Assembly: GCA_964188305.1 (NCBI GenBank)
Contig: OZ076886.1
DNA length: 64,000 bases
Source of the DNA: Podarcis bocagei
Taxonomy: Eukaryota
Reading direction: 5' to 3' (one strand)
Shown here: positions 23,886 through 35,982 of the stretch, piece by piece
Position numbering within the stretch: position 1 is the first letter of the stretch
How the letters are laid out: the number at the start of each line of letters is the position of its first letter
Made by a program: the position numbers and the translations under genes
The notes under the pieces: model-generated
Seen by the model: the letters and a program-made list of their open reading frames with translations, nothing else
Databases searched by the model: none
What the model was told of the DNA's origin: nothing

Positions 23886-25234
23886 AAAACTGAACACACA
23901 GTCCTTCCTTTTCTTAAGCCATTTGGCACCACCGTGTGGTTGCAGCGCAGACTGGAATGAGGAATAAGAGATTAAGATACTGCACTGGAAGGGACAAAGG
24001 GGATGTTTGCCGAATGATGTAGTTAATCTAATTTAATTAAACACACAGCACTTGCCAGCCTGGAGCAGTGGCTTTGACTGCTGAATTTTACACTAGAGAT
24101 GTGAAGTGGGATGATCAACGACCCCTTTCAATGGAATCACTTCGAGCGCTGCAGAACAATGTTGCAGCAGGTATGTTGTACACCCACAGAGCCTTTATCG
24201 AAAAGGAACAACAAAAACTGGGAAAGGAGAAATCTGTTGTCAATAAAGTAAAATGAAATGAGCAAGGAAAAAGAAAATAACTGCAGATTTGGTGTTCCAT
24301 TGAATGTCATTTATTGGAGGTGGGTGTTTATATTGTTTAAATGTCTGCTTTGCTTTTGGGAGTGCAGTCCCATTACGTGTTATACAAGCTGGTCTCTGAC
24401 CATAATAATAAATTATTATTATTATTATTATTGGAGTAGAATGTGCTTTTAGTTTCTTGATTTTTAGACAATGTGTATAATGGGTCCCCTCCTCCATTTC
24501 TTATTTGCCCTTGTTTGGTATAGGCCCTTCTTAATGTGCCTCCTCCACGAGAGATCCTGAGGTGGCAACATGAGAGTGGGCCTTTTCTGAGGTGGCTCTC
24601 TGTTTGTGGAATGCCCGCCTGGCGCCGTCACTGCATATCTTTAGGCGCCAGGAGAAAACATAAAGATATAGCACAGCGGTTCACAACAATATAAAAACAT
24701 AAAACCAAACAATAAAATCACAAAAAAAGTTTAAAACAAGATAAAAGCATGCAGGAAAATCAGGATACAATAAATAAAACTAAATAACTCAGCAGAGGAG
24801 GAGTTGAGGGAAGTCCAGAGGAGGGGAGGGAGAATAATTGTAAATAACATGATGAATGAGATTTGTATCATTATTTGTTATAAAATTCAATAAATATTCA
24901 AAAAAAACTCAAGATAAAAGTAAAAAACTGTGTTTTATAAAAACAAGGGTTGATAGTCCATTGTAGGGAACATACTTTTAATCACCTGAATAAGCCTGGC
25001 AGGACAGAAGTTTTCAGCAGGCATTTAAAAGTTGACACAGAAGGCGCATGCTGCATCTCCAGTGGCAGGGTGTTCCACAGGACTGGGCTGATGACACTAA
25101 AGGCTCTGTTTTCCATTGTTATCAATCAAGCTTGCCCAGCATGAGGAACAACCAAAGACACACCTGCCGATGATCTCAGGGATTGAGATTGAATTTCCAA
25201 AACATTACCATAAGGTTTAGAGTAGACGTTATGG

Positions 25235-27369
25235 ACAGACTTCCGGGGTCGCGCCATCAGCAATGGCGGACTCCCTCTGATCTGGAGGGACTAGCTCCAC
25301 ACGAAACGGGTCTTTTCCGCTACAGCGAAGCGGGGACCCTTTCAAAAATCACAGGCGGATGAAGCCTGTGACCATGGGACTTGGCAGGCACCTTTAGCGC
25401 CCCCCAACCCGCAAAGGAACCCACTAACGGGCTCCAGAGCAAAGAGGGGGAAGTGGCGCGGTGCTGAGAGTCAACTGCTTCTTCCGTGGAGTGAAGCCGC
25501 ACAGCCGTTGCTGGAGAGCACTGCCTTTTTCCTGGGAAAATTTGGCTTCTAAAATAATCACCCGTGAGTACTTAAATCTCGGACAATTGGACTTTAAATA
25601 AGGACTTGCGAGCAGAAAGGAAAATTGGACTTAAAAGTTTATTTCAATTTGGCACTGAAACGGGAAGGTCTAAATAGGAAGTCAGCCTTCCGTTTCTTTG
25701 TAGATAGATTAAAGCAAAGACTTGGCAAACTAGAGCTCAGAAAATCGCTTGTAAAAGGTTAACTTTCACCATTTAAAATTGTTGAACCCCCCTTCAGAAG
25801 CAGGAGAAGAGGGGGGATTTTTTTCGGACTGTTTAAACCTGCAGAAGTGAGTGCAAAATAAAGTAACTTTCCACCGTCTTGATCCTGGAGCGGGGTGTCA
25901 GGACTGACGTTTTTTGAAGCTCATTGACCAGAGACAAACGTCTTTGACAGATAGCTAAAAGAAGAGAAACATAGTGATTCCATTGTTCCCTTTCGCATTT
26001 TAAAGGAACAAATATTTACAAAATATCTGAAAAAGGAAACTTTGTTGTCAGACTTGTCTTTAAAAGAAAGAACAAATAGAAGTTTTCCCCCTAGAGGGAG
26101 ACTGTGAAACTGTAACCAGCTTGCAGCTGTTACTGATTACAATCGTGGGAATAGACTCTGACCTTGCAGGACAATGTATTCAGAAGCTCTGTTGTGTGCT
26201 CTCTGTAAAACAAATGCCCTACTGGAACAGCTACATGAGAAGACGGACTTGATGACTGATGCGATCAGAAATTTTGAACAGGCAGTGGGAAATTATATGG
26301 AGCCTACCCAGGAATTAAATCAGGAGTATGCCCTGACAGAACAGATGAGGGAAGAGGATGTTGCTGAATCTGGAGCGCCAGAGATGGAGGGAGCTGTGGC
26401 CCAGCAGGATCATGAGCTTTTGGATTTGACAAATGAACTTGGAAAAAGCCAGATTTTGAAAGTTTGGTTTGGTTTGGAAATGGGGGGTTGGATAGACCCC
26501 CCCTATGCAGGGATGTCTGGACTTTTCGAATCTGGCAATGGGCTGTGAGAAGTTTGGGGTTGTGGGGGCTCTTAATTTTGGAGGGATTTTGAAACATGTT
26601 CTTAAATACCATATGGAGCTTAGTGTGGACTATGGAAAAGGGGCTGATTTGTCGAGAAGGGTTAAAAACATTGTTAAGCTGGAGTTCCCACGAGTGAAAG
26701 GAGCAGGAGACAAAGGAAAATACAGTTATAAATATGAAGAAGAGCCGCGGAAGGGACATGGAAGAGACTTAAGGGCCTCGGATACAAGATTGCCAGGTTA
26801 ATGCGCTAGATTGACGGGATAAAAAGGACTGACAAAACCCGGGACCAGGAGGAAGGGACGTTGGATGAAGATTGGATTGCCTTTACTTTCTTTTTATTAC
26901 TAGGATTGTCTTATAAAATTGATGAATGTTAGAAAAATGTTGGAACGAAATTACTTGGCTTTAGCAAAAATGTTTAAAGAATTATGTAAGAATATCATGG
27001 TTATGAGAAGTTGGTAAAAATAAGACTTAAGTTTTAAGCTTTAAGGTTTTTTATAGTAAGATAAGATTAAAATAGATTAAGGTAATGTAATGACAGAATA
27101 TTATGAAATATGGAAAGGATTTGCTGCGACAATTAATAACCAGGATACAAAAAAAGGGAGGAGGACGAGGTCAAAGAAAGAAGGTAATGACAGTTGAGCA
27201 TTTGAGAATGATGGATTTGTTTTTGAGTGTTTGTGGTGTATTTTTGTTTTTTGAACTTGTATTGTTTGATGTGGTTTGTTTTTTCTTGTTTTTTCTTTTT
27301 CTTTTTCTGCTTTGTTTTCTTTTGTAACTCTAAAAAAATTTCAATAAATATCATATTAAAAAAATAAAA
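25235..27369 (+). mobile_element. Apparently full-length non-autonomous L1-dependent retroelement (HAL1-like), 2.1 kb
   Basis: 17-bp TSD tagagtagacgttatgg (25218-25234, 27370-27386); CpG-rich 5' end with GACTTCCGG and CAATGGCGG; ORFs 26174-26548 and 26505-26801; L1-like AT-rich 3' UTR, AATAAA and A-tail; no RT or endonuclease motifs seen. Confidence 0.8.
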
Positions 27370-28643
27370 TAGAGTAGACGTTATGGTAAAGGCATGAGTA
27401 CTAATTGCCCCAACAGAGACCAAGGCATTGAAAACTCTCCTTATAATTAGCAAAGAGATGATCAAAACGTTGACAGCTGTTTTTGCTGGCACAGACCTGA
27501 GAATAGTTTGACCTTTTGAGGCAACTCTCTAACGGACGGAATCAGTTAATTAGCTGCTCCCTTGTGTACTGTTTGTTATGTACCTGTAAGGAAAATTTCG
27601 CCTAAAAATAGACGCTTGCTAATTCAAGCGAATGTAGCAGCCCATCTGAAATGCGATCAGCTGGCACCCTGCTGATTGCTTCTTCCACATGATTTTGGAG
27701 GGGGAGAAAGGATACAGTAGAGTGGCAGAGGGAATCCGAAGAAAATTGGACAAAACCGAACCACCACAACAGTGGTGAATATTTCTAAAATCTCCAGCTT
27801 CTTCAATGAATATTCCAGATGAGGGCACAGTGGTATCAGCATTTGGCATCCTAGGGTGGCTTCCATTCCCCATCAGGATCCACCAGCGATGAGGCCTACG
27901 ACAGGCCCTTCACACCAGGCAACTGGGCTTGTGAGCCTCCATTTTAATTTGCCACAACACCATAGAATGACGTTAGGCCAGGCACAAGGAGTTAAAATGG
28001 CAGCTCCCAACCATTTTTGAAATGGTTCTTTGGCCATCTCTGCAGGGGTAAACTTCATCTGGTAGTGATTGGTGGATTATTGATCAGTTTCCGATGAGTC
28101 AACCTAAGGATGAAGGGGAAATGGATTTAGGTCCCTGAAAAACTCCTGTGTGGGTTCTCTCTCTGGCAGCTTCTACACTGAAGAAACGAGACTGGTGATC
28201 TGTGTAGTCTTGCAATCCGAAAAGGTGGGGGACGGGACCCAACTACATCTTTGAGACAAGCTGCCTTTTTTTGCTTTCACATACAAACTCTTACTTTTTT
28301 CCACATTCTCAAGGATCTCCATCAGGACCTCTGATCCAGCCAAATAAGTAGAGCATGAAAATTAGGTTTGGGCTTGAATTTTATCCGTGACGTTGACTCT
28401 GCCTCTTTCCCTCTCTTCTCCTGCAGGGTAAAACCCTTGTTATAAAAGGGAAAAAGTCACTGCTAATAGTTCGGAAGACAGCCCCCTCCTCTTTCTGCAG
28501 GAACATTCCCTTCAGACTGAGCTAGGTACATTTTCAAAAGGAGAAGAGCTTTGCTGTTCATATTTTAGAAAGTGCGTGTGTGTTTTAACCCATCGAAGCC
28601 TTAACAACATGTAGGGATGGGCATCCTCTGTGCATATGGAAAT

Positions 28644-29170
28644 GGGGAAGGACCATAGCTCAATGGCTAGAGCATCAGCCTTGCATGCAGAAGGTCCCAG
28701 GTTCAATCCCTAGTTGCAACTCCGGGAAGGACTGGGAGAAACTCCTGCCTGAAACCCCAGAGAGCTGCTGCCAGTCAGTATAAAGGTAAACGTAAAGGGA
28801 CCCCTGACCATTAGGTCCAGTCGTGGCCGACTCTGGGGTTGCAGTGCCCATCTCGCTTTATTGGCCGAGGGAGCTGGCGTACAGCTTCTGGGTCATGTGG
28901 CCAACATGACTAAACCGCTTCTGGCGAACCATAGCAGCGCACGGAAATGCCGTTTACCTTCCTGCTGGAGCGGTACCTATTTATCTACTTGCACTTTGAT
29001 GTGCTTTTGAACTGCTCGGTTGGCAGGAGCAGGGACCGAACAACGGGAGCTCACCCCGTTGCGGGGATTGTGGTTTAACCCACAGCACCACCCGCGTCCC
29101 TTGCCAGTCAGTATAGACAGTATTAAATGGGGTGGACCAATGTTCTGTCTTAGTATAAGGCCTACGTTCC
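28644..29170 (+). mobile_element. tRNA-derived SINE (Ala/Cys-like head), interrupted by a Sauria SINE
   Basis: A box tagctcaatgg, B box ggttcaatccc; body gagctgctgccagtcagt..ggaccaatg shared with copies at 43928 and 46608. Confidence 0.78.
28783..29100 (-). mobile_element. Sauria SINE with internal deletion
   Basis: Perfect 14-bp TSD tgccagtcagtata (28769-28782, 29102-29115). Confidence 0.9.
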
Positions 29171-31415
29171 TAAATGAATTTTTCTAGCTGGAAGTGCAAT
29201 CCACCAACCACTGTCTGCGCACTCTGCTGGCACACAGCTCTCTCTTCCACCCATCAAATGTGGAGGCAGATAGAATTGCCACTGGCAGCGGCAGCCAGCT
29301 GAAAACCCCTAAGATTGGGCTTTCCAAAGCTGGGGAGAGCCTAGGGCTGTTGCGTGGTAGCATCCAGGCCTAATTGCTGTGTCATCTCCAGCTGACATGG
29401 TGATTGGCCTGCCCCTTCCGCACCTTCCTGCAGAGGCAGTGCTGGTCTCATCCCTCTATAAAGCCCCACCAAGCACAGGAGTGGGTGGGGTTTAGAATTG
29501 CCACCCACATGGTGAACAGCTGTCTGCCCATGCTCAGGAAAAGGTCTCAGCTCCATTTCTAGCACAGGTCATATCACCCTCCCTTTGTAGTTCACGTGGA
29601 ACAAGGCTGTCACGAGGGACCCTTTTAGCTGCTGGAGAGGAGAGATGCTGGAGCATCTCTGGAGGGGGACCCTAGACTCCCACTCCCCATCGCTGATCTG
29701 GCCTGATGCCAGAATTATGGGCGGCGTGGTTAAGGAGGAGAAATGTGAATGATTTGGGGGCTAAGGAGGACGGGTTGAGTTTTCGTTTCTCTGCAAGTTA
29801 GTTATTGCTTTGTTTACTGTTTGTGTATTGCTAATGGGTTTCTATATTACTGTTTAGGGGGCTGGTGTGTTGTTCTTGTTTTCCCATATGTTGTACGTTG
29901 CCTAAAATATCAACATATTGTTGTTTGCCATCCCAAGCTCTAAGCGGTGAGAGAATCCAGGGATTCCAGGGACTCGTAAAATAATAATCATTCAGGCGTT
30001 GTATCCAATTCAGTTTCACTCAGAGTAAACCCACTGAAATCAACAGACTTAACATAGTCACGTTGAATAATTTCAGTGGGTCTGCTCTGAGTGGGACTGC
30101 GACCCTTGTCTACAGCCCTTATTGTTTTAATAGTTATGCTAGCTAACTTTAGGAAATGGCAGCAGGGCACAAATATAAAGGAAATATTGTGGAGTGCATT
30201 TCCCCCAAGCTTCACCTTCTTTCTGTGTAATTTTAAAAAGTTCCCATCTGTTTCTGAGTTGCTCCATGGTTTCTCTCCTCTTTGATCCAAAATGAGCTGC
30301 TCTGTGGAAAATTAATCAGTGTGTTCCCTATTCACCACCGTACTGAGGAATCTTAAATTTACTATAACTTTTCCACTTTTGGTCAAAGTGGATGAAATCT
30401 ATAGGCACAGGAATGGATTACGTCTGCCCAAATACAGACAGGTCCTTCCAAGGATGGTTGTGTAGAGCCCCTTTAATGTTTGGGGTTTTTTAAGCAAAGG
30501 AAAAGCCCATAACCTTTTTCATTTACGACAACAACAACAACAATTTCAGTTATGAGTAATTTCCTATGAAGCATCTTGAAATGATTCCATGGTGCAATAA
30601 AAACCTGTACAAAATCACTGCATACAAAAGAAAATAATTAAAGCAAATGCACATATAACAACAATTGCAAATATATTTTTTTAAAAAATACAATTAATTC
30701 ATATACCAACTGGGATTAAAAAAAAATCCCCGCCTAGAAACTTGTTGAAAGAGGAGTCTTCAAAAGGAACCCCCTTTTTTAAGGGCACTTCTCTGATATG
30801 CAATGGGAGGGTGTTTCAAGGGGCAGGTATTGGCCAGTTACCCTAAACAGCCAGCTCCAACAATGCAGAGCAGACTTTCTGATAAGATGGTAATCGTTGG
30901 TTGCCGTCTCCTGCAGAACAGTGATCTGCTGTATAAGGGATGAGAGTATCATTTAGGCATACCAGTCTCGAGCTTTACAGGGCTTTGTATACAGGAACCT
31001 TGAACTTAGCCCAGCAACTAATTGGCAGCTAGTGCAGTTCTTTCAGCAGTGGTATAATAATGAAGATGATGATATTCTGTCACAGTGAGCAGCCAAGCTC
31101 CAATGAGCAGTTAAGCTGCAGTCCCGTGTAGAGTGTGCATTGCATTAATCCAGTCTGGAAGTTACCAGTGCATAGATGAAATTTGCTGCCCAAAATCTGG
31201 GGGCGTGAAGCCTAACAAACATTAAAATAGTGCCACGGGCTTTTATCTGTGTTAACTGTATCTTGCTTCTTAAATTCACTGTGCATGCAGTTTGCCATAG
31301 TTTTCAGTTTGCATCTCCTCCATCTTTCCTCACCTTTTGAGTTATAGAATAGCACAAATGTGTATTCATGGAAACATAAGCGCAGAAAGGAACTCTTGAC
31401 ATGATGGCACATTTA

Positions 31416-31675
31416 CCGTATTTTTCACTCTATAAGACGCACCAGACCACAAGACACACCTAGTTTTTGGAGGAAGAAAACAAGAAAAAAAATATTCTGA
31501 ATCTCAGAAGCCAGAACAGCAAGAGGGATCGCTGTGCAGTGAAAGCAGCAATCCCTCTTGCTGTTCTGGCTTCTGGGATAGCTGCAACAGCCTGCATTCA
31601 CTCCATAAGACACACACACATTTCCCCTTACTTTTTAGGAGGGAAAAAGTGAGTCTTATAGAGCAAAAAATGCAG
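31416..31675. mobile_element. Tc1/mariner (Tc2/pogo-like) MITE with internal hairpin
   Basis: TA|CCGTATTTTTCACTCTATAAGAC...GTCTTATAGAGCAAAAAATGCAG|TA. Confidence 0.82.
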
Positions 31676-34600
31676 TATTTATTGACATAGTCATAACTTG
31701 CAGGACACAGCATATAAAAATTAAGTCAGCAGAAAGCTGATCCATAAGAACGCCATTAGAAAAATCAATAAAGCATCAGTAAATACTGACTGGTTAGAAT
31801 GAGATTTATTTATTTATTTATTTCATTTCATTTCAAAGGCATGTCTAAACAATATAGTTTTCAAAACATGTCTCAAAGGAGGGAATGGCCCTGCAGAACT
31901 TCAGAAGCATGAGGAATTAGGATTTCATCAGTGTACAATAAGCAGAGATCACCCATTCACTTATTGTTCCATAGGTGGCTCCTCACTGAGCTCTGTTTTG
32001 CCTATCCTTATTCATGAGAAAGGCTTCGGGAGTAAACCCTGAGGAAAAATCCATACCCACTGCCTTGCAGGACATCTTTGGGAGAAGAAAAGCCTGAGGC
32101 ATAAAGCCTACACAAATCTAGAGTGAAGTACCTATGACAGTTGGATAGCGTCTTGTATGCCTCCTTCTGGCAAGTCCTGCAGCCATGCTGGTGCCAAATG
32201 TATTGTTCTGTTTTCCTTTGGACCACATCAATGAGGCCAAGTCTTGACAGCCTAGGACCTCCATAAGCACTACCCAGGCTTGCGCCCTGAAGGCAGCTAA
32301 TGCAGCAAAAACAACAGTAAGAGGCAGCAGTTTGGAGTTACCTGTCTCTAAACCCCAGTGGGTGCTGTGATTCTCCAATGGTTTTAATTCACCCCCAGAG
32401 GCTTACTCCATTGTTTCTTGAGATGTATGCCAACAAATTTCCAGTTAAACTTGGACGATTGATAAAGTTAATTTTAGAACTGTTTGGAGTACGCCATACA
32501 GTGTATGTCTTCCCCATGCTTAAATACTACCGATACACATGTGTGCACTGAATCAATTTCAGCCCTAAATGTATTTTTGATACTGTGATTTATTTCCAGA
32601 AGTATTGGATGAATCTCATATCTATCTTTTCTTTCTTTCTCTTATAAAAGTTTGTTCTGTGCTTTGCTAATAGATCTGTTCCTGACAGAGACTTGCCACC
32701 TCCAGGCCTGGTTTGAGAAGTACTCATTGCAGCCTTCGCTGTAAGATTCTGTGTTTCTCAGCCTGCCAGATTAAATTGATGGGATAAAAAGAGATGGACA
32801 CACCACCGAGAGACAAGTTGTTGCCTATGTGAAAAACGTAAGCTCAGGCTTCCTGATTCCTGGGCAAGTTCCCTTGAGGACAAAGCCACGAATTCTATGG
32901 AGCTGAAGCCATTTAGAGGAAAGAGGACCAAGAGGCATGTCCCTGTTGTGCAGCCGCACGTTGCCATGGAACCAGCTGAGCGGATAGACTGTGCAAACGC
33001 TGAAGATATGGAAGACTAGGCAAAATGCTCCCATCTTCAATGTGACTCCGAGCTATTGAAATAAACCCTAATGGAGAAGTCCTGACTTCGATTCTCTGGG
33101 GATTTTGTTCCACCCCTGAGGACTTCTGGAGTGTGTCATGATGTAAATTACACAGATTTGCTCGAGCAAGTGAGGACTTCCCACTAGTTCTTCCTACAAG
33201 GCATTAAGATCGTTTAATGTCACCGGCAGGGGTAGCCCCTTACTTCTCCCCCATAGCATGCTCCAATATCTTGCAAATGTGCTGGGAATTCTTCCTGCTC
33301 CTGCTTCTCCGTCAAGATTGGCCCGGACAGTAAACATTCCACTTGAGTGTGAACCAGCAATCACCACTCATATCCACATAAGCGTCTTCCTTCGCTGTGA
33401 TTAAAGAGCTGTTCTTTAAGACAAGAGCTTCACTTTTATTGCGGCTGGAGAATACAGATGCAGTCCGGTTAAAGGCATGATGCCTGCGAGCCAGTGACAG
33501 AATTTAAAAATAGCTTTTGCTGTCAGCATGGTTTTCTCTTATTTGTATTCCAAGGATCATTGCTTTGGCAGGCACAGGAAGCTCTTCCTCTTTGCATTTT
33601 ATTTTGCCTGCGGAAAATTTACAGTTCAAATAACTTCGCCATGCTTCATCAGGCTAATCGGATGACAAATTGCTTGAACTACATAGAAGAGACCTCAGAC
33701 AAGGAAGAATTGCAGATCAAAAATTTTTTAAAGCCCCCCATTCCAGCCGAAATCGCCGCACAAACAAAAAGCGTTCTCTCATGTTCATTTCATGTATGCA
33801 TAAGTCGTCCAAATGATGTCCTACAGGTTTTGTGAAAATGGTTGAAGAATGGCGATCGAGTTAACAAAGCGAAGCCTGTTAGCAAAGATTCCTATCTGCT
33901 GTTATGGTCTGATGCTACAATATTTCATTTGGGGAAAGAGATTTTTAAAAATGTTTTCCCCTAAAGTGCAAAGAGCTATGTAGCCTGTTAAGGACCACAA
34001 CTTCTACAAAGCCTCCCCGAAGCCTCCCCCAGCCCCATGCTCATTTTATTTTCAAAATCTGAATGGATTGGTGATTTTCAAGATTATCAGTTTCACAAGT
34101 GCCGTGTGTTTCGTCTGTGAATATGGCACAGAATTATGACAACCAGAGCCGTTCCTGTTGCAATGGCTGACCTTGCCTTGAGTGACGTGGAGCCGAGATG
34201 CTAACGATACATTGCCCCAAACCAGACTTTCCATGCTGAAAAATGTTAGTGCCTCCAATCATCATTCCAGCTGCCTTGGAATATCGATTTCACTTTATAT
34301 TTCTGTAAGTATTTTCATTTCTGGATATTTGGAGAAACACAGATTCAGTTATTTTGACTGTTACTTTTTGTTAGCTACAGAACTGGGGCTCCATCTTCTG
34401 GATGGCTCTTTGGTTGATAAGAGGAGGGGGGGAGTAGCTAGGCAAGTGCTCCTCCTTTCTCATTCCTAAACAAATGATCCGTGAGCTTGAATATTCATTA
34501 AATGCATGCCCCTGATTACAGTGCCAATTTTAAATAATTTAATTATGCAATTCCATTTTGGAAACACTGATAAGAGCTACAGTCAAAACACTTGATTGCT

Positions 34601-35740
34601 GAAACGTGTCTTAAGGGAGTTGCTTCTGGGGGGATTCTAAGCAGTTTTTGCAGCAAGAAATTCTCCAGTGTTCAACATTATGTCACATATTTTTGTTGTT
34701 CCTGGTGCACGGTTTGTTGCTAATTCTTCTGGCATTAAAAAAAATGATATATATTTTGGATTCTTAAACAGCATGACCATTAGAAAGAATGGTCCTTCAT
34801 GCTAAAATTGTAACGAGGCTTTTCACTGCCGTCATTCTCCGTGACGCTGCTGCATTATCCCTTATCTTTTACTGCTGCCACCCCCATTTCCCAACCACAC
34901 TCTTAAAATGGATCCCTTCATCTGTAATTAAGTCCTTGGATAACCTCAACCTGGAGCAGATGCTAGTTTCTTGCATATCTTTATGCATATTTTTAGATGC
35001 GTGTTGCCACCAGTTTTGAATCACTCTGCTGAACGACACACAAGCAATCACCTGATTTGTGGTGAAGTGCTGAATACAGAGAGGATTCATGTCATGCGTC
35101 TGTTGCTGTAATATACCATAGAGTATATGGCATCTATGTACCTAGGAAGAGCCTTCTGGATCAGACCAAAGGCCTATTTAGTCCAGCATCCTGTCCCCCA
35201 CAGTGGCCATCAGCAATATCTAGGCAACACGATGACCATGTATGTACATACGCAATAGACAATCTTAATAGAATTCCTTCAAACCATAAAAAGTACAAAA
35301 TAAAATCTTTAGACTCAAAGTCTCTGAAAATCTTTAAATGAAGTGAGGTACCAGACACAGTGGCCAGACAAATAGGAAACACTCCCCATCATTGCTCCTC
35401 AGTGACTGGTTTACAGAAGTATAGTGCCTCTTATCTTGGAAGGAGTAAGCAGACATTATTTGTAGCCAAAGGAACCAATTCCTAGGAGCTATAAAATATT
35501 TGAGGTGCCCAGGCCCCCACAAAGTTGATGGGCATTCTCAATCGAATGATGGGTGTTCACTGCGTCATGTGATCAGTTGTGCAGGGCGGGACTTACCTTC
35601 CCCCCTCCAATTTTTTGTTCAAGTTGGCACCTTGTTTTTAGTCTTGTCTTCCATGGATTTGTTGGTTCTCTTTTAAAGTTCATCTGAACTGACGGTCATC
35701 ACATCATGTTGTGGCAGCAACTTCCCTGTGTGAAGAAGTA

Positions 35741-35982
35741 CAGTGGTACCTCGGCTTACAGAGGCTTCAGGTTACAGACGCTTCAGGTTACAGACTCCGC
35801 TAACCCAGAAATAGCACCTCGGGTTAAGAACTTTGCTTCAGGATGAGAACAGAAATCACGTGGTGGCGGTGTGGTGGCAGCGGGAGGCCCCATTAGCTAA
35901 AGTGGTACCTCGGGTTAAGAACAGTTTCAGGTTAAGAACGGACCTTCAGAATGAATTAAGTTCTTAACCCGAAATACCACTG
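35741..35982. mobile_element. MITE family A, copy 6
   Basis: Same TIRs and TA TSD; same orientation as copy 1. Confidence 0.9.

Noticed and set aside
25564-26169. Intron in the 5' UTR of the 2.1-kb retroelement (gtgagt ... cttgcag just before the ATG)
   Set aside because: The pyrimidine tract is weak and a competing AG lies nearby; it needs transcript evidence.
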